A model generated the notes under the pieces. That model saw only the letters and a program-made list of their open reading frames with translations. It did no database searches and was not told the DNA's origin. A stretch of DNA of 64,000 nt from contig NC_090340.1 of assembly GCF_035084215.1 (NCBI RefSeq), forward strand, positions 4,712,001 to 4,776,000, in the 5' to 3' direction. The stretch is from Heptranchias perlo (lineage: Eukaryota). Of the stretch, positions 50,301 through 60,884 are shown piece after piece. Both the position numbers and the translations under genes were made by a program. Each line of letters opens with the position of its first letter. Position 1 is the stretch's first letter.

Positions 50301-53300
50301 CCTTCCTAAACAGTCCATTATTGTTACCATACTTCCACTCCGCCTTTCTGCGCTGCGTCCGTTTAGACCGGTGACCTAACCTGCCTTCTCCCAGGTGACC
50401 GAACCCAAAGGGTATAGGCCGTGCAGCCAATCTGCGGTTATCTTTCATAAGCTAGTGGCCTCAAACAGTGTCATATTAGAGGCTGTTCCCGCCCATAGTT
50501 CCAAAAGTGGAGGCGTGGAAGTTGGATCAAGTTGCTGTTAGAGCACACATTTCTTTATTATTCAGTCTCGGGATCTGGGTTTCGTTGGCAAGGCCGATAT
50601 TTATTGCCCATTCCCTAGTTATCCTGAGAAGGTGGTGGTGGGCTTTCTTCTTGAACCGCTTTAGAAATTAAGTGGCTTGCTCGGCCACTTCAGAGGACAG
50701 TTAAGAGTTAACCACTTTGTTGTACGTCTGGATTTACTAGTAGGCTGGACCGGGTAAGGATGGCAGGTTTCCTTCCCTAAAGGATATTATAGAACCAGCT
50801 GGGTTCTTACGACAATTCAACAGATTCCTGTCACTGTCACTGATACCACCTTTTTTCCCAAATATTTTAAACTAAATTCAAGTTCTAAAACTATTATTTA
50901 AACTCAGCTGCTCAGGATTATTATTCCAGGCCCCTGGATATGGTGACTAAAGTTGAAAAAATATTCTGGAATTATATGCGCTTCACCATTTTAGGAATAA
51001 TGTGACATCGCTTTCTACCTTCCTTATAAACATCGAGTCAGCATGAGATGTTTGCTCGGCTCAGGGCCATGGACCCTCCCCTAAGCGGGCATTGTGCCCC
51101 CAGTGACATGCAAATCAATATCCAATTATATGATAGTCTCACCAGAGAGCTCTAACAATAAGACCCGTACTTTGTCTGCGTTGTATACTGTGATCTGGCA
51201 CATGCCCACATGTGCGTTCCTACTAGATTCCAAATGATAAGGATTGCGATGAATCCAGGTCAATTATGGACCAACAAGTTATTCAATTTTATATGGCATA
51301 CATGAATCATAGATTCATAGAAAATGTACGGCACAGAAGGAGGCAATTCGGCCCATCGTGTCCGCGCTGGCTGAGAAACGAACCACACAGCCTAATCCCA
51401 CTTTTCCGTATTTGGTCCAGAGCCCTGCAGGTCTCGGCTCTTCAGGTGCACATCGAGGTAATTTTTAAATGAGTTGAAGGTTTCTGCCTCTACCACCCTC
51501 TCAGGCAATGAGTTCCAGACCGCCCCCCCCCCCCCCCACCATCTGGGTGAAAAAATCCTCATTTCTGCTCTAATCCTGCCACCAATCACTTAAAATCTAT
51601 GATCTCTGGTTATTCACCCTCTGCTAAGGGAATTATCAACTCACTCTAGGCCCCTCATAATTTTGTACAGCCCACTACAATCACCCCCAGCCTCCTCTGT
51701 TCCAAAGAAAACAACCCAAGCCTACCGAATCTGTCATCATAGCTAAAATTCTCCAGCCCTGGCAACATCCTCGTAAATCTCCCCTGTACCCTCGATAGCG
51801 CAATTACATCCTTCGTGTAATGTGGTGACCAGAACTGTGCGTACTTCTCAAGCTGTGGCCTAACTAGTGTTTTATACAGTTCCAGCACAACATCCCTGCT
51901 TTTATATTCTATGCTTTGGCTAATAAAGAAAGCATTCCATATGCCTTCTTAACCACTTCATCTACCTGTCCTACTACTTTCAGGGATCTGCGGACATGCA
52001 CTCCAAGGACCCTCGCTTCTTCTACAACTCTCAGTATCCTCCCATTTATTGTTTATTCCCTTGCCTTGTTTGCTTTCCACAAATGCATCACCTCACACTT
52101 CTCCAGATTGAACTCCATTTGCCACCTTTCTGCCCACCTGACCAGTCCATTGAAATCTTCTTGCAGTCTACAGCTTTCCTCCTCACTATCAACCAAACGA
52201 CCTATCTTTTTGTCAACCGCAAATTTCTTAATCATGCCCTCTATGGTAAATTCCAAATCGTTGATGTATACCACGAAAAGCAAAGGACCTTGTACCGAGC
52301 CCCGCGGCACCCCACTGGAAACAGCCTTCCAGTCGCAAAAACACCCGTCGACAATTACCCTTTGCTACCTGCCACTGACCCAATTTTAGATCCAATTTGC
52401 CACATTCCCTTGCATCCCATGGGCCTTTACTAATGATTATGTTTATCACAGCAAGATTGACCAAGTTTCTATAACTACTCCTATATTATGAAACGAAGAT
52501 CCATTATATGGGCCGACGGCCTGGAATTTCCTTTCATAGATCCAACGCGGAGGTTAGATTCGATAACGGTTACATTCCCGTGCTCATTCTGCCAAAGTTG
52601 TTAGGCTCCAATTTACTGTCAATCTCATTTCAATACGCTCCACCGTAAAATGGGAGTGAATCACCTTATACACTCGGGGCCCAAGCAAAGCACCGAGCTG
52701 AAACGATATATTCCTTCTTTAAGTAAAAAAAAGTAAGGTTTCAATTCATTCATCCATCATAAGTACGTCATTGTGTGTAAAGCGATTCGGAATGTCCTGC
52801 GATTCTGAAAGGCGCTATACAATGCAAAATCATCCTTTATTGATGAACGTTAAGCACTATGTTTAGGCACGCACAATCGGGGAAACTTTTCAAGTTGTAA
52901 GGTGACTTCTCTTTGTGCTATAAAATCCATGAAAAGAAACATCTAACGGAGTGCCGGTCGCAGTAATCATACATGAAATAAAACGCTCGGTAAATTACAA
53001 TAGAACACCGGAAAATCACGTTGTTTCCTACTGCGCCTCAACAACAGGTAGTAATTTTAAGAGAGCCCCTGGGCAAGTGCAACTGCAGGAAACTTGCGTA
53101 TTAGTCCCTGTAAATTGGGACCGGGGCCATATTTATGGTCGGAGATTTGTTCAGTTGGAGGTATTGATAGACAGTCGTAAAAGATCGAGTAAGTATGCAC
53201 ATCATGGTTACGCAAATAACAATGAAATAAATGATTAGTTAATCTGTGTTGTTGGTGTTGGCTAAAGTATCATTTCTGGGCTAGGACATCAGGAGAACTC

Positions 53301-55468
53301 GCCTGCTGTTTTTAAAATCTTGTGCTCGTATCTTTTAAGTGCACTTATAGGAAGCCTTGGTTTTTCGTCTCATCTGACAATGGGACAATGCAACACTCCC
53401 CGAGTACTGCACGTGAACGTCAACTGACATTATAGGATTAGCTTCTGCAGTGGTGGTTTAATGCACGACCTTCTGATAAGAGTGCTATAGCGGAGTAAAG
53501 AACGTTGGGCTGGAATTGATGTAATTTCCGTGGAAGATGCACATAAAGGCCGTTTACGCCATTTCTCACAGGTTTCTGTCGAAGTTACAGTTGACGGCTT
53601 AAATTGCCTCTGTACTTGATGCCTAGAGACATGCGTAACCTGGTTGCAAACCAATTACGTATTTAAAAATCGCAGAATTTTGGGCAAAAGTGAGTTATGT
53701 GCCTGACAACAATACGCCGACATCTCCTCGATCTTTTACGACTGTCTATCAATACCTCCAACTGAACAAATCTCCGACCATAAATATGGCCCCAGTCCCA
53801 ATTTACAGGGACTAATACGCAAGTTTCCTGCAGTTGCACTTGCCCAGGGGCTCTCTTAAAATTACTACCTGTTGTTGAGGCGCAGTAGGAAACAACGTGA
53901 TTTTCCGGTGTTCTATTGTAATTTACCGAGCGTTTTATTTCATGTATGATTACTGCGACCGGCACTCCGTTAGATGTTTCTTTTCATGGATTTTATAGCA
54001 CAAAGAGAAGTCACCTTACAACTTGAAAAGTTTCCCCGATTGTGCGTGCCTAAACATAGTGCTTAACGTTCATCAATAAAGGATGATTTTGCATTGTATA
54101 GCGCCTTTCAGAATCGCAGGACATTCCGAATCGCTTTACACACAATGACGTACTTATGATGGATGAATGAGTTGAAACCTTACTTTTTTTTACTTATTTA
54201 TTTTGCTGCATAGAAACAGTATTTATGTTATACAAATAATTAATTTGCTATGAAACGCTTCGGGACATCCAGACATCCACAGTATCTGGACGCCTCTATG
54301 TAAATGCATTTTCTTCTTCCTCCGCCGCCCCACACTTGTCTGCGCTGAGGATTAATTTGCACAGCTGCCAATCGAAACGATCACGTTTCCCTTGTTTTGG
54401 GTGCATCGGTATTTAACTTATTATCTATGTCAGAATGTATTTACTTGTTTCTTTACTCTCGTTTATTTATTAATGTTTTAATTGAACTTTCATACGGGAG
54501 CGACAACATGTTTTTGTCCAGTTGTTGCACCCAACAACCTAAACTAAGGACGAAACTATTGAATTATGTGCCTCAATTTATTTATTTATATTTTTCATCC
54601 CGAACAAGGCAAAAATAATTCAACTTGTTTTATTAATATTTATAATGTAATTTCACACCAAATTGCAACTTGAATGATTGAGTATAAAACAAATTACATT
54701 CTGAATTTATTACACTATTGTAATGAAGGAGGATGTGATTTATCTGAATAACAAAAATCGATTAATTCGCAGTGACGCGTAAAACTCTTGTTCCTGGAAA
54801 TTTAATAGTTGCCAAAATTCGCGGCTAACTTTCAAAATATTAAAAATTGAAATTATTTAGTTTCTCAGTTGTTTACCATTTTCTAAACCAGCGGCTCGGG
54901 GTTATTGATGCCTGGCGAGCGTTGGACCGCAGAAAGAAATAGTAAACTTCATTAACATCCACAGAACTAATAATAAGGTCAATGCGACTATGCTGTCTGA
55001 ATTGTCTATTAGATGCAAAGGCTTCATGAATCTTGAAACTCCAGAAAAAGCACCTCAATGAATGCTAAACATTGACTTTCCAGAAAGAACGAGGGTCCAC
55101 TGAGGAGAAGCTGACGTACGCTGCTCTGGATCTGATCGGCTCCAAGAAAACGCTCAATTCGAAGCAACATGAAGAGCGTACAGTGTATGCAAAGGTACAG
55201 TTGAGTTCACACAGGGAAATAATAATCATGCAAAAGAGTATACGTTTGCTTTTGAGATGATACTGAGAATTAATTTGACTTCATTTTCATTTTTTTTTGG
55301 AAGAAAATGACAACATTATTCTTAATTTTTGTTTTACACACCAAACAGGTCGCCGCTGATAGTCAATTGACTTACGCTACTTTGAATTTGACTGGTTCCA
55401 AGAAAACGTCGAAACGTAAACAGAAAGAAACAAACCTAATATACGCAGCAGCGAAGACCAGCATCTAA
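41318..55468 (+). CDS. Multi-exon IgSF type I receptor: leader-V(J-joined)-C1-TM-cytoplasmic ITIM/ITSM (SIRP-like / VJ-C1 antigen-receptor-like); join(41318..41340,41556..41920,42786..43091,44540..44668,53048..53160?,55084..55194,55349..55468)
   Basis: All junctions are GT-AG with compatible phases (2,1,1,1,0,0) and give one stop-free ORF: MKPIIYLR|SSSLCKNYLIVWLLLLIVAVDISG-V-C1-TM-...LTYAAL...TVYAK|V...LTYATL...LIYAAAKTSI*. Exon 1 and the boundaries of the 53048 exon are least certain. Confidence 0.8.
41556..41920 (+). CDS. Signal-peptide h-region plus Ig V-set domain exon with J-like motif
   Basis: LIVWLLLLIVAVDISG, then ITLKC...VHWW...LHLLNVTVSDNGTYRC...VGKGTRVEVVVY (B-strand Cys, C-strand Trp, DxGxYxC, GxGT). 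Strong phase-1 donor G|gtaagt at 41921. Alternative phase-1 acceptors at 41609 and 41627. Confidence 0.92.
42119..42612 (+). repeat. Intronic direct repeat, copy 1 (V-C1 intron)
   Basis: Colinear with 43713-44200 at roughly 80% identity by eye, e.g. shared aactaaaatgcttctttc, ggaagattcccattccctc, ggtttaaactggatccttta. Confidence 0.9.
42786..43091 (+). CDS. Ig C1-set domain exon
   Basis: tttag|CT acceptor, phase 1. AVPTPLKIV...LRLQCRTTPFYPKDFNLIWQKNG...GLYEVISTL...YTCQVYH contains C1 hallmarks CxxxxFYP, W and YxCxVxH. Donor G|gtaata (alternative 9 nt earlier). Confidence 0.92.
43713..44200 (+). repeat. Intronic direct repeat, copy 2 (C1-TM intron)
   Basis: Colinear with 42119-42612. Confidence 0.9.
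44540..44668 (+). CDS. Transmembrane exon
   Basis: T-rich tract plus tttag|AT. Encodes DINLIDVDSAFSVALIAKCAGIAVVILLLTVMIVKGLQFITSK. Donor AAG|gtatga, phase 1. Confidence 0.85.
45551..48300 (-). pseudogene. CR1 ORF2 (APE endonuclease plus reverse transcriptase), inactivated by small indels
   Basis: 857-aa open stretch (YRPP, GDFN, SDH, QHGF, DFSKAFDKV, GVPQGS). The FADD motif is absent at about 46375. The N-terminus (CIYFNARSL) is frameshifted by a 10-bp duplication at 48205-48224 and lacks the ITETW motif. Confidence 0.9.
48449..49396 (-). CDS. CR1 ORF1 protein (Zn-finger/leucine zipper plus SGNH esterase-like domain)
   Basis: Intact 315 aa: CSSC...CGKC, heptad LLFDRLTALELRM, IVIGDSIVR, PGARVKD, HIGTND, DGLHL. 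Confidence 0.92.
   Translation of the reverse strand: MAGDPSAVSCSSCGMWEFRAPSCIPDSFTCGKCVQLQLLFDRLTALELRMDSLWSIRDAEKVVDSTFSELVTPQIKITEGDSEWVTNRQRKSRKAVQGSPAVISLQNRYTVLDTVGGDGSPGEGGSGQVHGTVAGSAAQEGRKKSGRAIVIGDSIVRGIDRRFCGRNRDSRMVCCLPGARVKDVSERLQDILEGEGEQPVVVVHIGTNDIGKKQDEVLQAEFRELGVKLKSRTSKVVISGLLPVPRVSQSRNDRIAKMNTWLERWCKLEGFKFLGHWNRFWGRWDQYKLDGLHLGRTGTNVRGGVFASAVGEGLN
49713..50132 (-). repeat. CpG-rich tandem array of 68-bp monomers at the CR1 5' end
   Basis: gcgctctgaaatcccgcc recurs at 49743, 49811, 49879, 49947, 50005, 50073 (periods 68,68,68,58,68). Confidence 0.95.
51303..52430 (-). mobile_element. Family A CR1 3' fragment (intronic)
   Basis: ORFs 51655- and 52053- (GPLLFVVYIND, WQMEFN). 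Confidence 0.85.
53048..53160 (+). CDS. Candidate small cytoplasmic exon (phase 1 to 0) linking TM to the ITIM exons
   Basis: The phase mismatch between the TM exon and the 55084 exon requires such an exon. Acceptor ttgtttcctactgcgcctcaacaacag|GT gives GSNFKRAPGQVQLQETC... Phase-0 donors at 53098 (weak, gtatta) or 53161 (GAG|gtattg). Confidence 0.55.
53190..53490 (-). mobile_element. 5' and central part of a tRNA/Deu-domain-type SINE; its 3' tail appears on the + strand at 54197-54308
   Basis: Resembles my recollection of shark Deu-SINE consensus (agcactc...tcagaaggt...gcagtact...agatgagacg...gagttctcc...tgtcct...). Tail aaacgcttcgggacatcc...taaatgca after 54196. Confidence 0.6.
55084..55194 (+). 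CDS. Cytoplasmic tyrosine-motif exon 1 (ITIM LTYAAL; TVYAK)
   Basis: ctttccag|AAA ... AAG|gtacag, phase 0-0. KERGSTEEKLTYAALDLIGSKKTLNSKQHEERTVYAK. Confidence 0.82.
55349..55468 (+). CDS. Terminal coding exon (ITIM LTYATL; LIYAAA; stop)
   Basis: T-rich tract plus aaacag|GTC. VAADSQLTYATLNLTGSKKTSKRKQKETNLIYAAAKTSI then TAA at 55466-55468. Confidence 0.82.
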   Translation, partial: VAADSQLTYATLNLTGSKKTSKRKQKETNLIYAAAKTSI

Positions 55469-58400
55469 TTGAGGCAAACACGGATACGTTGCAAAGATTC
55501 GAGGGATGTTTCAGTCACACGTTTACGTTGCTTGTGCATTTTATCCAGCTACTGGCCTATCTGCAGCCTTCCCTTCTTTTCCAAAGTCCTGGAACGCATT
55601 GTTGCCTCCCACCATTCTTTATTGCACACTCTCCATTCCGACTTCTAACTCACGCACTGTGTCTCTCAAAATCACAACTGGCTTCTTTGTAAATGTCAAT
55701 ACTGTCCAAACCCTTTTGCCCTCTCCATCAAGGATACCCTGAGCCATTCCATTAATCTCCTATATTTCTGTCTACAGTCCGATTCCATGATATACTTTCT
55801 CGTGAATCCGCTTGTAACGTGAAACAAGGGCATCAATTTATATCCATTTAAATATTACCCTATCTGCAGTTTATGCGTTTTTTCAATTTGGGATGCCGCT
55901 TACAGCACCAACTGTTCACGAGTTATTTGCTTGTTTAATGTCTTTAAGTTCTTAATCTTTCATTCGATTTCCTAACAGATGAATTATCATTTCATTCTAT
56001 TATCATTCCACCTATAGTTCGTCTCGATTTATTTTCCCCTCACACCCATTTCCCTTTTCACAGTTCTTATTAATATGTTTCATTTTTCATTTTTGTATTC
56101 AGAAGAGGAACCAAGTCCCATACGTTAACGTGTCTTGTATGCACAGTCGCTGGCTGGTTCGTGTGTTTCCTGTTTTTATTGTGTGACTTTTGTACAGAAT
56201 TAGAAGGATTTTTTACAATTATTTTTTTTTATTAGCGCACTCCCAGTGCAAACCAGCCCCCTGCCCACACAACCAACTCGAGTTTAGCCCAGTGTTCCAT
56301 CCATAATCCCCTACCACTTAATCATTGATATGCGATCTCATTGCAATATGATTCAGCGGGACAGAATCAGGTTTGAGATGCACACTCGATACCCAGTTTA
56401 CTTTTCGAATGAGTATATTGTTCTAAAGGCTGTTGTTCCCATCTCCCAAATTCAGGCCCTGATGATTCAACAATTTATTCAATTAATGTCAACAAAACAT
56501 TAGTTGCTCTTGCATTGCGTGTGTCCCCCAACATCCGCGGTTTCAGCATTAGTATCAGTCATCATCTAGAAAGCCTCAGTTTACAGGTTTAATGAGATCT
56601 AAGATAAGCACCGCACTCACATCGAATTTGCTATCAAGACCACTTATTTGCATCCTCTCAACATCTTCCTCCTCCATTCACCACCCTCTCTCTGAACTCT
56701 CGCAAGAGTGCCCTACTCTACTGGTGCATTTCACACACCCAGCCCTACCTTGACGCACGCCTAACTCATATCGCAGCTCAGTTTTGCTAACCCTCTCCAC
56801 TGCTATTTGTGCCGCCACTCTCCATCAATCTCAACATGTTCAGAACATTGGAATTCGTTTTCGCACTTACAGAATGTTCGTATACCCGAATTTCCATAAT
56901 TTCCAAGCTGCAGTGGTTCTCTGGGCCCAAAACCCTCGTCCACTTCTATAAATCGTTAACTGGTCTCGCCTGACTCTACTTTGGCGATATTCTCGAAACA
57001 TAAATTCCACATGCAACCGCGGCCCCTCTGAAATCATGTTATTCCTTCTTATCTCCTCCTCTGATCCACCACTGGAGATTGCAGTTTTAGCCACTGCATG
57101 TCTTCTCTTTGGAATTCACTTCCTGCATCTAACTGGCTCATTGTTTCCCTCCCTGCAAAAAATCTCCGAAAACCGTTTCATTTCCCCGTACCATTGCCCT
57201 CCTCAAACTTCTCTAGTTTATTTTTTCATCCGGCCAAGCCAACATTTCATTACTTGCGTTACATAAAACGTTCTGGACGTGCTTTACACATGGAAGTTGT
57301 TTCTTCGTTTCGCTGCCAGCATACTCGAATAATTTACGGCTAACATTTATTTTTTGACTTATGATGAATAACAGTTTCAGACATCACACGTTTTAACGTT
57401 TCACAGCTTCAGCAAATCTTTTCTCTGATGTTACTTATTTGATCGGTGAGAACTGTGCTACAAAAATGTAAGAAATGCATTTCCCGTGAATATTCTGAAT
57501 AACAGAAATGGGAAGTTATTCTTGGGGGAAGTGGTGACGAAATTTTGGGGTCTGAAGTAATTCTTTTTCATTCATGCTCAAATATGTGTAAGCAATATCT
57601 TAATGTCTTATATGCAAATAGTGATTGATACTTTGCCGAGCTACTGTCTGATTAATATGGTTTCCAATTAAAATTTAATTGACGTGACGAAATCACGGGT
57701 ATTGTTTATTCAAACGCAGTTCAATTGGTCCGCCCACTATTGTTCCGGAAAACACACCAATCTAATCAATAAAAGTCAATATTTGACTTCTATTTGAAGT
57801 TATGTTTGGACATGTATGGCAGTAAAACAAACGCAAAGAATTGAGGTGAAGGAAAATGCCCTTTTTTGAATACATTCAAGTTCATTTTTAACATTCAGAA
57901 TGGACGAAATCCGGATATATATATATATATATATATGTGTACTAACGACCAAACCAAATGGAATGCCTCCATCTTTCTCCGGACCTTCGTTGATCCACGT
58001 TGTGGCTTGAATTTGCAAAGCACGGCTGTACGCATACAGCACGCCTGCGACCCTTCCGCTGACCGCTGACAGCTAATCAGCAAAGATAACGGCGCTCTTC
58101 TGCATTAGAATAACCGGTTTTAGAGCAAAAGTAATTGGAGCAAAGACATAGCGGCTACGACAGGAGTTAACGAGCCGTCGCAGCTTGAAGAGAAATTTTC
58201 AGTAACTGTGGCATTGACCAAGATCAGAGAGGTCATGGCAACAGAAAGCGATTTTGTAATTTCGGTGAAGCAAATATGGTATATTACTAGAAGATGTGGC
58301 ATCAGGAAGGATAAGGCTGTTTTCACAAAAGGAAATAAAATAATTCGGGCCATAGCGCGGGTAGATTGGAGGCAGATGGCTGCAACTCTTAGTGCTACCT

Positions 58401-58525
58401 CCACATCGTCTCTGGGTCATCAGGGAACAAGTAATTGTGTCCAGAATGAGCAATGCAAGTGCCATACTAACCACAATGAAAATGTACATATACATCAAAG
58501 CTTATATTTATCAATGTGTAATATG

Positions 58526-58557
<32 letters not shown>

Positions 58558-58560
58558 ATT
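58526..58560. repeat. (TA)n microsatellite (another at about 57915-57936)
   Basis: Direct observation. Confidence 0.9.
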
Positions 58561-59974
58561 CATAATTCGAGCACTTTTCCATTCCAGACGACACCAGCAC
58601 TGTGAACCTTTATTTTTTTCTCCCCCAGCAGCTTTCTTTCCTGCTGCAATATTTCCTTTATACATTGTGCACCTTCATTTTTCTGATAAGCCTCCTGTGT
58701 GATTTATTATAGAATATGCTCTGTGAATTGACAAACACTAAGGGGTAAGGATTTCTCCTTTGTGTGATTGGCGCATGCTTCTGATGGATGCATATTGCGA
58801 CCCACAAAAAGTACCACGTACTGACCAGGCAGGTGGCAATCAATTGGGAATAATAGACAACTCACTGCCACGTGGTGCAAGACCGCTCCCCCCCCCGCCC
58901 CCGACCCCGCCGTCCCTGTAGAATATTAGTAGAATGGTTGATATAGTCTCATAACTTATGAAAGCGCGTGTACGGTCTGATATCAAGAGTTAAGTATTGG
59001 TCCTGTGCAGGTTATTCTCTTGCAGCATGTCTTTTGCGTTGGATCAAGCTGTTAAATGGTTTTATTTCAGATGAAATAAGTACAATCAATATTTTAATCA
59101 ATTATATGTCTGAGTGCTACGGCTCAAGTACAGAAAGACAATCATTTTTTCATGAAATACCTTTGTTTGGGAGACAAGACACGAGTAGGGACAAAATCGA
59201 ATAGCACCAAGCGAATTGCGACCTGTCGCTATGTACTGAACGACCAGCACTGATTCAACATTAATTAATAAAGGAATCATCAGGCCCAGTTTCCCAACCA
59301 GATATTAATCTACACTTATAAGAAATTTTGAAAATTCCCAAAGTGCTTCTCATATTTATAATCTTGGTAATGAAATCCCATCACTAACATTCACAGATAA
59401 AACCCGCAATACGAATTGCATGTCGCAAACAGTAGCCTGCTTACTCATCCTTGCATTAAGGAGTAGGGTTCCAGCTACGGAGCCATGCAACTAAATTATG
59501 TTAAATGCATACCATTCTGCATCACTTTTAAATCAGCTTCTAAGTTATTCTGTATTTTTCTGAATATGGTGAAATAATTATTCACCGTTCGATTACGGGA
59601 ATCATTGTCATACATATGCTAAACTTTCATTAACTGATTCAAAATCAGATTAATTTTTCATCAAACTCATTTCACAGTAATTCAAATATGAAAAAGAGCT
59701 ACAAATAGGTTACATTTTGCGAAGGTTTCCGTATCGTTTATGAAACATAATGTGAGTGAAAGAATCCAGTTTTCCGACAGATATTGCCAAGCAACCTGAA
59801 GCATCCGCCAGTTTTCACTGAATTATATTGAAATTAATTACCTTTGAATTATTTTAAACAACTATTAAAGGTCATTGTATTGATGCCAGTATCGAACAAC
59901 CCGAAACAAAATGACTGTCCAGGGCCACTGGAGATTGGGGTTCACAAAAGTAAATCTAAATGGTTTTATAGTGG

Positions 59975-60725
59975 AAGTGTGACGTAATTCATTTTGGCCC
60001 TAAGATATATAGATCAGAGTATTTTCTACATGGTGAGAAGCTAACAACTGTGGAGGAGCGAAGAGATCTGGTGGTCCATGTACAGAAATCACTAATATTA
60101 GTGGACTGGTACAAAAACATAATCAAAGAGAATAATATAATGGTAGGCTTTATCTCAAGTCGGCTCCAGTACAAAGGGGTGGAAGTTATGCTTAGAGGTG
60201 TAAATAGTTCTGGTTACACTGCATCTGGAGTATTGCTTTCAATTCTGGGCACCGTACCTCATGAAGCATAGAACGGATGCAGATTCACCAGAATGATACT
60301 GGGTTAAATTCTGAGGACAATTTGCACAGCTCAGGCTTGTATAGTAAATTGCGTAGAGAAGATTAACGAGTGATCGAATTGAGGAAGTTAAGATGATTTA
60401 GAGGAACTATTTCTATAGTGGGGGAATCCAGGTCAAGCGGGCTTAACCCTGAAATTAGCGCTCGGCCGTTCAGGCGTGTTGTCAGGAAGCGTTTCTTCAC
60501 ACAAATAGCACTGGGAATCTGGAACCGTCTCGCCAAAATGCTGTTGAGGTCAGATCAATTGAAAATTCCAAAACTGCGATTAATAGATTTTTATAAGGTA
60601 AGGGTATTAAGTTATATGGAAGCAAAGCGGGTAAGTGGAGTAAAGACACTGATCTCCATGATTTAACTGAATCTCGGAAGAGGCTGGAAGGGCTGAATCG
60701 CCTATTCATGTTCTTTGTTCCTCTG
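59975..60725 (+). mobile_element. Family A CR1 3' fragment
   Basis: EERRDLVVHVQKSL; RPFRRVVRKRFFTQ. Confidence 0.75.
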
Positions 60726-60884
60726 TTAAAATAATACTTGCAGCAACATTTAAAAATATTCTAAGCTGTTTGTTTAGTTATTTTTTGCCATTTGCTGTTA
60801 CAACGTATTTTAAGATGAGACTTTATACTAAGGGTTCGTGCATTGCCATTTGTGGTAGCTTGAAGAATTAGGGAATTCAAGAAT

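Larger units (their letters stand above)
52720..54196. repeat. 470-bp inverted duplication (arms 52720-53189 and 53727-54196; 537-bp spacer)
   Basis: The arms are reverse complements with 2 mismatches by manual comparison. ORFs 52951+ and 53965- encode the same peptide except R/W over the shared arm. Confidence 0.97.

Noticed and set aside
53663-53965. Antisense 100-aa gene
   Set aside because: Mirror of 52951+ produced by the inverted duplication.
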